Source: Puniceicoccaceae bacterium (GTDB lineage Bacteria > Verrucomicrobiota > Verrucomicrobiia > Opitutales > Oceanipulchritudinaceae). Taken from it: a stretch of 64,000 nucleotides of DNA. Each line of letters starts with the position of its first letter. The stretch's first letter is position 1. This document shows, one piece after another, positions 19,301 through 27,606 of this stretch. The translations under genes were made by a program, and so were the position numbers. The notes beneath the pieces were generated by a model. The model saw only the letters and a program-made list of their open reading frames with translations. It was not told the DNA's origin and searched no databases. The stretch spans positions 1 through 64,000 of the forward strand of contig JBFOMH010000011.1 of the NCBI GenBank assembly GCA_040830765.1. Direction: 5' to 3'.

Positions 19301-20215
19301 TTGGAAGCTGCTGCCGTGGGCAATGATAGCCAAGGCAAGGAATTCCGATCCTCGACGAACCTGCAGCTCTGTAAACTGCAGCCAGTCGATGCTCAGCATG
19401 GCTTGCGACTCTCCCGGATCGCCCATTGGAACCAGACCTTGGCTGACTGGGAATTCCTCTTGCGGGCAGGAGCTGGGTTCGGGTTCCGGACAGGGGACGG
19501 AATCTGGGTGGCGACGTTGATTGCCCTACCATTGGGGAACAATATCGGCTGGCTCAGCATGGTGCTGGTGGATCCGGAATGGCGTCGTCAAGGTCTGGCC
19601 AGTCGATTGATGCAGGAGGGCATTCGCTGGCTACAGGAGCGGGACTTGCGTCCGGTGCTGGATGCTACCCCCGAAGGTGAGACGGTCTATCGCAATCTCG
19701 GTTTTTCCGGCCAGGAAAACCTTGCCCGCTGGTTGCTGACGCCGGGTGCCGAGGAAGTCCCCCATGACATTGAAGGGGATAGCAACATCCGGCTCGCAGG
19801 GAAAGCGGATATCGAGCAACTTGCCCGCTGGGACAAGAATCTCGCCGGATTCGAGCGAAAGGCGGTTATGGAGCACCTGCTTGAAACCAAGCCCGAAATT
19901 GCCTTCCTTGCCGAGAACACCAAGGGCGATCTTTCCGGCTACATCATGGGACGTGAAGGCGAACGGGCGACCCATTTGGGACCCTTGGTGGCAGAGGACG
20001 CCGCGATGGCACGACAGCTCATCTCGACCGCTGTCCGGGTTATTGATTCACCGCTTTATGTGGATGCGTTTTCCATCAACCAGCCGGCCCTGGCATCCGG
20101 TCTGGGGGTGCACTGGTCAAAGGAGAGAACCTTCCGGCGGATGGCCTATGGGGATGCGCCATTGCCGGGCAACCCCGCCATGCATTACCTTGCCGCAGGA
20201 CCGGAACTGGGTTGA
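19301..20215 (+). CDS. Tandem GNAT acetyltransferase (YitH-like)
   Basis: MVLVDPEWRRQGLAS acetyl-CoA motif, LDATPEG..VY..LGF, LGPLVA; start uncertain. Confidence 0.8.
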   Translation: MEAAAVGNDSQGKEFRSSTNLQLCKLQPVDAQHGLRLSRIAHWNQTLADWEFLLRAGAGFGFRTGDGIWVATLIALPLGNNIGWLSMVLVDPEWRRQGLASRLMQEGIRWLQERDLRPVLDATPEGETVYRNLGFSGQENLARWLLTPGAEEVPHDIEGDSNIRLAGKADIEQLARWDKNLAGFERKAVMEHLLETKPEIAFLAENTKGDLSGYIMGREGERATHLGPLVAEDAAMARQLISTAVRVIDSPLYVDAFSINQPALASGLGVHWSKERTFRRMAYGDAPLPGNPAMHYLAAGPELG

Positions 20216-22050
20216 CCCGGTCCTTGGCCACTGGCAAATCAGAAGGCACCTTGAGCACTACCCATCCCATAGAGTATATCGTTATAGCCCTTTATTTTGG
20301 GGTGCTCATCGGGGTGGCTTTTGTCTTCCGGCGGTTCAACCAGAACGTGGATGACTATTTCCGCAACGGTTGCCGCGGAAGCTGGTGGCTGGTCGGTTCG
20401 AGCGCTTTTGTAGCCAACTTCACCGCCTGGACCTTCACCGGTGCGGCCGGGGTTGCCTTCACGGCCGGCTGGAGCGTCATGGTCATCTTCATGATCGCGC
20501 CAACAACAGCGCTTATTACGGCGATCTTCTTTGCGGACAAGTTCCGGCAGATCCGGGCTATTACAGCACCGGAAGTTCTGCGACGTCGCTTTGGCGGGGC
20601 TACCGAGCAGTTCTACAGCTATTTCGGGATCCTCAACAACCTCCTCATCTCCTCCATTCAGCTGTACGGCCTGGCTATCTTTGGTGCGGCCATCTTCGGC
20701 TTCGATATCGAGGTGGTGATTGTCTTCATTGGCCTGGTGGTCCTGACTTACTCGCTTTTCGGGGGCAGTTGGGCCGTCATGGGGACAGACTTCATCCAGG
20801 GATTGATCCTGGTTCCGGTGACTTTGTTTGTCTGCCTGCTGTGCCTGATCGAAATCGGGGGTATCGGTCAGCTCTTTGCCATGATCGAGGAAAAGGGCCT
20901 TGCGGCCGATTTCCAGATGTTCAACAGCGACCAGTTTGCCGGGCGGGTCTCCGACTTTACCTGGGCCTGGGCCCTGGCCATGCTGATGAAAAATGTTCCC
21001 GGCCAGATTTCGCTCATTACCGCCGTGCGCTACTTTGCGGTCAAGGATGGCAAGGAAGCCCGCAAGGCGGCGATCCTCGACTGCTGTCTCTCGACACTGG
21101 GCCTGTTGGTGTGGTTTATTCCCCCGATTGTTGCCCGCCTTCTCTTTGAATCGGAAGTGCTGGCCATGGACTTGGCCAACCCCGCCGAGTCGGCCTATGC
21201 GGTGGCCGCGATGCAGCTCTTGCCCGCCGGGATGGCGGGCCTGATGCTGGTGGCGATGCTGGCCGCCACCATGTCCAACCTGGATACCGGGCTGAACCGC
21301 AACGCGGCCATCTTCACCATCAATATCTACCCGCTGGTCGCGCGCCTGACCGGCCATACACCACTGACCGGAAAAGCACTGATGCGTCTTGGCCAGGCGT
21401 GGACCCTTTTCCTTGGTGCCTGCATCATCACGATCGCCCTTTATCTTTCCCGGCAGGAAGGGAAGGGAGTCTTCGACTTCCTGCTCGAGGTCGGTGCGGT
21501 CCTCGGAATGCCGATGTCCGTCCCGATGCTCCTGGGGTTGCTGATCAAGCGCGCACCCGGTTGGGCGGCCATGCTCAGTATCGCTGTGACCGCCATTCCC
21601 TCATCCATGGCCGCCTTGTCGGGCCGCGCACCAGGGCTGGCTGAATATCTCCCGTTCCTCACCGACTCCTGGAAATTCCAGACCATCGTCTTTGTCAACG
21701 GCACCGTCAGCGTTTCGACCTTCCTGGTATCGCTCCTCTTCTGGAAGACGACGGATGCAGCTTATCGTGAAAAAGTGGATACATTTTTCCGGACCATGCG
21801 CACCCCGATCAATTTCGCCGAGGAAGTGGGTGAAGCCAAGGACGACCAGCAGCTGACCATCATCGGCAGTTTCCTGATGATCATTGGCGGAGGAATTCTC
21901 CTGCTGGTCTTGGTCGACAATCCGTGGTCCATCAAGGGGCGTTTTGGTATCCTGTTGCTGGGCGGATTGATTTTCGGAATTGGTTTCCTTTTCCTCCGGT
22001 TGTCCCGGAAGCATCGTACCGATCTTAAACGGGAGGACAGGGATGGGTGA
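20212..22050 (+). CDS. Sodium:solute symporter (SSS) family sugar transporter
   Basis: Many TM segments; DYF..G..WW..G.S, GGSWAV..TD.IQ, AATMS motifs. Confidence 0.88.
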   Translation: MTRSLATGKSEGTLSTTHPIEYIVIALYFGVLIGVAFVFRRFNQNVDDYFRNGCRGSWWLVGSSAFVANFTAWTFTGAAGVAFTAGWSVMVIFMIAPTTALITAIFFADKFRQIRAITAPEVLRRRFGGATEQFYSYFGILNNLLISSIQLYGLAIFGAAIFGFDIEVVIVFIGLVVLTYSLFGGSWAVMGTDFIQGLILVPVTLFVCLLCLIEIGGIGQLFAMIEEKGLAADFQMFNSDQFAGRVSDFTWAWALAMLMKNVPGQISLITAVRYFAVKDGKEARKAAILDCCLSTLGLLVWFIPPIVARLLFESEVLAMDLANPAESAYAVAAMQLLPAGMAGLMLVAMLAATMSNLDTGLNRNAAIFTINIYPLVARLTGHTPLTGKALMRLGQAWTLFLGACIITIALYLSRQEGKGVFDFLLEVGAVLGMPMSVPMLLGLLIKRAPGWAAMLSIAVTAIPSSMAALSGRAPGLAEYLPFLTDSWKFQTIVFVNGTVSVSTFLVSLLFWKTTDAAYREKVDTFFRTMRTPINFAEEVGEAKDDQQLTIIGSFLMIIGGGILLLVLVDNPWSIKGRFGILLLGGLIFGIGFLFLRLSRKHRTDLKREDRDG

Positions 22051-23464
22051 GCGTCCCAACATCCTCGTTGTCATCACCGATCACCAGCGGGCAGACTCCA
22101 TCGGCATGGTCCAGTGTGGTCAGGAGGTGATGCCGCGGCTGAACGAGTTTGCCAGTGAGTCAACTGTCTTCACCCGGGCCTACACTACCGCACCCCTTTG
22201 CATTCCCGCCCGCACGGCCATGTCCACCGGGCAATACCCGACAAGCGGCATTTCCATTAATGACTTCAGTGGACGGGAAGCAAAGGAACAGCAACTGGTG
22301 AGCGTTCGCCTTGAGGAAGCCGGTTACAACATTGCTTATGTCGGCAAGAACGATATCCGGACCCGGCCGGAGACACGGAAACAGCACAAGCAAGGCTCAT
22401 GGATCGACAAGGAGGACTTTGAACAGTGGCTAGAGGAGACGGGGCTTGCTGAGTTTCCCGGCTGGGAGAACCGCCGCGATGCCTTTTTGGACTACTTCTA
22501 CAAGGAAGTGGAGGAGGTGCTACCCGACGGTCCGGTGACCAGCCGCTATTCCCATCCGGCAACGGGAAAGTGGGAAGGTGAGTTGGAGAATTTTCGTGAT
22601 TTTTATTTCTATCACCGGATGCGGGATTGGCTGGAGAAGCAGGCAGGGGAGGATGGGCCATTCGCCGCCTTTTTCTCGATTCCCTCACCGCATCCACCGC
22701 TGGTGGTTCCGGAACCGTATGCCAGTATTTATGATCCCGCTGCCATCAGTCTTCCGGCCAATGTCGGATTGCCGGCGGAAGGGGAGCCCGCCAACCGCAG
22801 CAGGGCGGTTGCCCGGCAACTGGCGCAGGACGCCTCCGAGGCCGATCATCGCAAGGCATGGGCGGCCCACCTTGGCCTGCTTACCTTGGCCGACGATATA
22901 TTTGGCAGTCTGCTGGATGACCTCGAACGGCTTGGGCTGAGGGAGAACACGCTGGTCATCTTCACGAGTGACCATGGCCACCATCTCGGCCAGCACAATA
23001 TGTTCGGGATCAATGAGCTCTATGAGCAGACGGTTCATGTGCCCTTCATAGCAAATCTCCCGGAAGGCCACAATGGCATCTTTGAACAGCCCGTGAGTCA
23101 CCTCTCCATTGCCCCGACGTTGCTCGAGCTGGCTGGCCTGCCACCCGATCCGGGCATGCCGCGCCAGTCGCTGCTTCCCTCGATCGCCACCGGCCAGACG
23201 CCCCCGGACGAGCCGCAGTTTTTCCAGTTTTCCGGCCAGATCGGTTACGGTTACTACCGTCGGGGTGTCGTGACGCGTCACTACAAATATATTTATGATC
23301 CCGAGGATGAGCCGGAGCTTTATCATCTTACCAGCGATCCTCTCGAGACGACAAATCTTGCCCGCTTGCCGGAGTACGCAACGATTCTTGCCGACCATCA
23401 TGCCCTGTGCCGGCAGTGGCATGAACGGCAGGGGGATTTACTGGATTTTGAGCATTCCGGTTAA
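22043..23464 (+). CDS. Cytoplasmic Cys-type sulfatase
   Basis: RPNILVVITDHQR, CIPARTAMSTG, PHPP, FTSDHG, ELYHL..DP.E; no signal peptide; start overlaps the SSS stop. Confidence 0.85.
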   Translation: MGERPNILVVITDHQRADSIGMVQCGQEVMPRLNEFASESTVFTRAYTTAPLCIPARTAMSTGQYPTSGISINDFSGREAKEQQLVSVRLEEAGYNIAYVGKNDIRTRPETRKQHKQGSWIDKEDFEQWLEETGLAEFPGWENRRDAFLDYFYKEVEEVLPDGPVTSRYSHPATGKWEGELENFRDFYFYHRMRDWLEKQAGEDGPFAAFFSIPSPHPPLVVPEPYASIYDPAAISLPANVGLPAEGEPANRSRAVARQLAQDASEADHRKAWAAHLGLLTLADDIFGSLLDDLERLGLRENTLVIFTSDHGHHLGQHNMFGINELYEQTVHVPFIANLPEGHNGIFEQPVSHLSIAPTLLELAGLPPDPGMPRQSLLPSIATGQTPPDEPQFFQFSGQIGYGYYRRGVVTRHYKYIYDPEDEPELYHLTSDPLETTNLARLPEYATILADHHALCRQWHERQGDLLDFEHSG

Positions 23465-23570
23465 GTGTCCAACTTTCACCTTTGTTTCTTATACAATAAT
23501 AATTAATTTTATCTCCCCTTCCTTCAGTCTATCGAGTTGAGTGAAGCATTGTGAGCGATTACTCAGATTG

Positions 23571-25403
23571 ATGAAATACTTTCCCATCCTTTTCCTCATT
23601 GCCTCATCCCTTTTGGGCAACCCCCGGATTGACGGGGAATTGCGCATGTGGCATCGCGTCACCCTGACCTTTGATGGGCCGGAATCCTCAGAGACTGCCG
23701 AAGTCAACCCGTTCATGAATTACCGGTTGTGGGTGACCTTCAGCCAAGGGGAACGGGTGTTAAGAGTCCCTGGCTTTTATGCGGCTGACGGGAATGCCGG
23801 CCAGACCGGGGCCGACTCCGGCAACAAGTGGCGGGTCCATTTTTCACCGGATGCCACCGGCCTGTGGCAATACACCGTTTCCTTCCGGGAGGGTGAAGGA
23901 ATTGCCATTTCGGATGATCCCGATGCGGGCAGTCCGGTGTTCTTCGATGGGACAACCGGTACCCTGGAGATTAGCAGGACCGACAAGACCGCACCGGATT
24001 TCCGGGCCAAGGGGCGGCTGGATTATGTCGGCGACCGCTACCTGCGCTTTGCAGAAACGAACGAAATCTTCCTCAAGGCGGGACCGGATAGTCCGGAGAA
24101 TTTCCTTGGGTATGTGGAATTCGACAACACCTACTCGCATAATCCGAACAAGCTTTTCTCCAAGGACTGGGCCCCGCATGTGGGTGACTGGGAGGAGGGA
24201 GACCCGACCTGGCGCGATGGCAAGGGCAAGGGGATTATCGGGGCGGTGAATTATCTGTCAGCGAAAGGGATGAACGTCATATATTTCCTGACCCAGAACA
24301 TCATCGGCGATGGGCAGGATGTCTGGCCCTATACCGACTATGACGAGCGGTTCCGGTTTGATTGCAGCAAGCTGGACCAATGGGAGATTGTCTTCGAGCA
24401 CATGACCCGTAAGGGGATCGTCCTCAATGTTGTCACCCAAGAGCGGGAAAATGACCAGCTCCACGACGAGGGCGAGTTGGGCCCAGAGAGAAAGGCCTAT
24501 TACCGCGAATTGATCGCGCGTTTTTCCCATCACCCGGCTATTGTCTGGAACCTTGGTGAAGAAAACACCAACACGGTGGACCAGATAAAGGACTTTTGTG
24601 ACTATTTTGCCGCGCAGGATCCCTACAACCACCCCAAGTCCCTCCATACGGTTCCCTATGGTTGGGATGTCCTCTACCGACCGATGCTGGGCCATCCCAC
24701 ATTTGAGGTCCTCAGCGTGCAGACTCGCGATGACTACCATGTCATTTACCCGCAAACCATCAAATGGATCGAACTCTCTCGTGCCCATGGTCGCGAATGG
24801 CCGGTCTTCATCGACGAGGTGGGGATAGCCTGGCAGGGACTGGAACCCGATGCCCAGCAGCCAAACAACCAGGGCGTTATGCGCAGATTCGCCCTATACC
24901 CAAGCATGATGGCGGGCGGTTCCGGGGTGGAGTGGTATTTTGGCTATGAGAAACCCCATAGCGACCTGACCTGCCAGGACTGGCGAACCCGTGATCAATT
25001 CTGGGACATCGCCCGCTACTCGATTGAGGTCATGGGAAGCCTGCCGCTCGGTGATATGCATCCATGTAATTACCTCCTCAATACCAATAGCTGGGATGCC
25101 TACTGCCTGGCCGAGGAGGGTAACATATACGCCATTTATTTCAAGGAATGGAAGGATGCGACCATCGACCTGCGCGAGCATCCGGGCACTTATTCCGTCC
25201 GGTGGTTTAATCCGCGGACCGGAGAGGGCCCCCTGACCGGTTCGGAGCTAAGGGAGATTCATCCCAGGCGCCGGGTAGCGAGCATCGATACCATAGAAGT
25301 CAAGGACACCCAACTGTCCCACATTGGTCCGGCTCCCTACGACCACCATGAGGATTGGCTGGTCATTATCCAGCAGCTTGAGGCCGCAAAAAAGACCCGC
25401 TGA
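23571..25403 (+). CDS. Secreted DUF5060/DUF4038-like putative glycoside hydrolase with C-terminal collagenase-type binding domain
   Basis: Signal peptide; NPF..Y, VPGFYAADG, W.V.F.P..TG.W.Y; WNLGEE; VRWFNPRTG...DW. Confidence 0.65.
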   Translation: MKYFPILFLIASSLLGNPRIDGELRMWHRVTLTFDGPESSETAEVNPFMNYRLWVTFSQGERVLRVPGFYAADGNAGQTGADSGNKWRVHFSPDATGLWQYTVSFREGEGIAISDDPDAGSPVFFDGTTGTLEISRTDKTAPDFRAKGRLDYVGDRYLRFAETNEIFLKAGPDSPENFLGYVEFDNTYSHNPNKLFSKDWAPHVGDWEEGDPTWRDGKGKGIIGAVNYLSAKGMNVIYFLTQNIIGDGQDVWPYTDYDERFRFDCSKLDQWEIVFEHMTRKGIVLNVVTQERENDQLHDEGELGPERKAYYRELIARFSHHPAIVWNLGEENTNTVDQIKDFCDYFAAQDPYNHPKSLHTVPYGWDVLYRPMLGHPTFEVLSVQTRDDYHVIYPQTIKWIELSRAHGREWPVFIDEVGIAWQGLEPDAQQPNNQGVMRRFALYPSMMAGGSGVEWYFGYEKPHSDLTCQDWRTRDQFWDIARYSIEVMGSLPLGDMHPCNYLLNTNSWDAYCLAEEGNIYAIYFKEWKDATIDLREHPGTYSVRWFNPRTGEGPLTGSELREIHPRRRVASIDTIEVKDTQLSHIGPAPYDHHEDWLVIIQQLEAAKKTR

Positions 25404-25438
25404 CCTGGGCGGCCGGTTTTGGGGCTGCGATTGACCTC

Positions 25439-27418
25439 TTACTTTGCCACGCTATCGAGCAGTCGCAGCCAGCCAGCCTTGTCCTTCGCCTCAATGGCCC
25501 GGCTCCAGGTGAATCCCATCCGGTACTGGATTTTGCCCTGGTTGTCGGTTTCGAGGATTGCCAGGTAGTCTGAGCCGGGTCCGTCGCCATATTTTTGGAA
25601 TCCATTCAAGTCCCCTCCGTCAATAAGCACACCCGTTCCGATCTCATCCCCGTTGGGCAACTGGTCCCAGACCGCCATCCAGCCATTATCCAGGGAGGAT
25701 TGGAAGTCGGTTCCCTCGGCCTGTGCGGTCAGGCCAATGGCGACCTGCATGCCGGGGAGGACATTGAAACGACTTCTGACATAGAAATAGGAGGTGACGG
25801 TGCAAAAGTCGTCACCGCTCTTCAAGGAAAGGATTTTTCGCTCGGAGATTCCGCTTTCCGGATACTTGTAGATGAACTCCAGCTCCACCTCGTTACGCGG
25901 TGTCCAGCGAACGGTTCCGATCCTGTAGACATTGGCCGTTTCCAGTTCGCCGTCTCGCCAGATACCGGTTCCGCCGCAACCACGCGCTGCCCCGACCTTG
26001 TACCCGTCATAGCCTTCCCCAGTGTCCTTGTGGTAGCTTTTGACTCCGGCGAAGTCATCCGCGTACCATTTCCGGATGACCGGGGTAGGGACACTTTTCA
26101 TCCAGCAGTCGATACCGCTGTCTTCGGTGGAGTCCTTCAAGGCGGGTCCATAGACCCGAAAAGCCATTTTGTCATTTTCCCAAGCGAGGTCATCCTTACG
26201 GTAAGGCTGGTAGACGCCCATCGCTTCCCCTGCCTTGTCCGAGAAGGCCATCGCTTCAGCTGCGTCGAGGAGCACGGGAGTATCCTTTGTCTCCTTTGCA
26301 CCAAGCACCTTCATGATTTCCGACCCGGCGAGAAGGAATGCCCCGGTGCCATAGACCTGGGTCAGCTCGCGTTCGATATTGTCCTCGGGCGAAGCTCCGA
26401 CGGGCTGGACATAACCCAGCATGCCTGACTCAAGCACGCATCCCAAGAGGCCCCTCCAGCCTTTCTTCACGACCGGCCAGTAATCTTCCCTGGAAAGGTA
26501 ACCATTATTGATCCCCCAGGCCATCCCGAAGGTGAAGAATCCGGTACCGCTGGATTCCTTATAGGGGATGTGCTTCCTGTCATCAAGATTTGGATACCAG
26601 AGCCCGTCGGATTGCTGCCGGTTCTTCAGGGAAGCGCTCATTTCCTTGAAGATATCCTCGAGGAAGGGTCGCAGGGAATGATCCTTGGGGAGCTTTTCCA
26701 AGGTAAGGGCAAGGCCGCCGTAGACCCATCCATTGCCGCGGGCCCAGAGGATCTTTTTGCCGTTCTCCAACCGGTTATTGATGAAGCGGGTGTCACGGAA
26801 ATAAAGGCTTGTTTTGGGGTCGTATAGGACGGAATGAGTCAGTCGCCACTCGGACTCGAGGTATTCGAGGTAGCGGTCATCACCGGTTGCCTGATGGAGG
26901 CGGGCCAGGGTGGGTGGGGCCATGAAGAGGGCATCACACCAGGCCCAGCGGTCGCTGTACCGTTCCCGTCTCGTTTCGGTCTGCTTTTCACCGAGAAATG
27001 TCAGGTCGATAGTCGGGGGATTGGCCAGAATCGCATCAAAACGCTTCTTGATCAGGGCGAGGCGTTCCGGATGATTCTGGTCCATCTCGTAAATATCCAA
27101 CCAGGCATGGCCGACAGCATGGTCATCGGCGTGGTAAAACTTGTCCCCCGGGGCCCAGTTGACCTGCTCCCCCGCCCGGACAACTTCCGAAAGGTAGCGG
27201 GGATCCCCGGTCATCATGGAAAGGCGCAACAGGCCGTCATAAAGTGGGGCCATGTGCCATTGGCGAAGGCCAATCCGCCTGATCTGGTTCTCGTTGGGAT
27301 GAGCCAGTTGCCAGTCAGCGGTGCGCCGCAGGGCGGATTCGACGTCTGAGACGGTAATTTCGGCGAAAAGGGAAGGCGTGGAGAATAGTAGAATGGGTAT
27401 TAGGAGCGTTCTTAACAT
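25439..27418 (-). CDS. GH105/GH88-type unsaturated glycuronyl hydrolase fused to DUF4861
   Basis: HADDHA, WCDALFMAPP, WARGNGW, YGTGAFLLAG; C-terminal DDLAWEND..AFRVYGP, GIDCW.K. Confidence 0.8.
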   Translation of the reverse strand: MLRTLLIPILLFSTPSLFAEITVSDVESALRRTADWQLAHPNENQIRRIGLRQWHMAPLYDGLLRLSMMTGDPRYLSEVVRAGEQVNWAPGDKFYHADDHAVGHAWLDIYEMDQNHPERLALIKKRFDAILANPPTIDLTFLGEKQTETRRERYSDRWAWCDALFMAPPTLARLHQATGDDRYLEYLESEWRLTHSVLYDPKTSLYFRDTRFINNRLENGKKILWARGNGWVYGGLALTLEKLPKDHSLRPFLEDIFKEMSASLKNRQQSDGLWYPNLDDRKHIPYKESSGTGFFTFGMAWGINNGYLSREDYWPVVKKGWRGLLGCVLESGMLGYVQPVGASPEDNIERELTQVYGTGAFLLAGSEIMKVLGAKETKDTPVLLDAAEAMAFSDKAGEAMGVYQPYRKDDLAWENDKMAFRVYGPALKDSTEDSGIDCWMKSVPTPVIRKWYADDFAGVKSYHKDTGEGYDGYKVGAARGCGGTGIWRDGELETANVYRIGTVRWTPRNEVELEFIYKYPESGISERKILSLKSGDDFCTVTSYFYVRSRFNVLPGMQVAIGLTAQAEGTDFQSSLDNGWMAVWDQLPNGDEIGTGVLIDGGDLNGFQKYGDGPGSDYLAILETDNQGKIQYRMGFTWSRAIEAKDKAGWLRLLDSVAK

Positions 27419-27606
27419 ACAGGATGCATTTATACAGTTTTTCAATGGCGAACCACAAGTTAAAGTTTGCTGCAGGTAGGCCTTTTCAGGCCCTTTTTTA
27501 AATTAGAAGAAAAGAATTGTCACCTATTGTACTCGGATTCAATTTGGAATGCAAAACGACAAATAATGCATCATTTGGACTATTCCATGCCATTGGCCCT
27601 GCCGTA

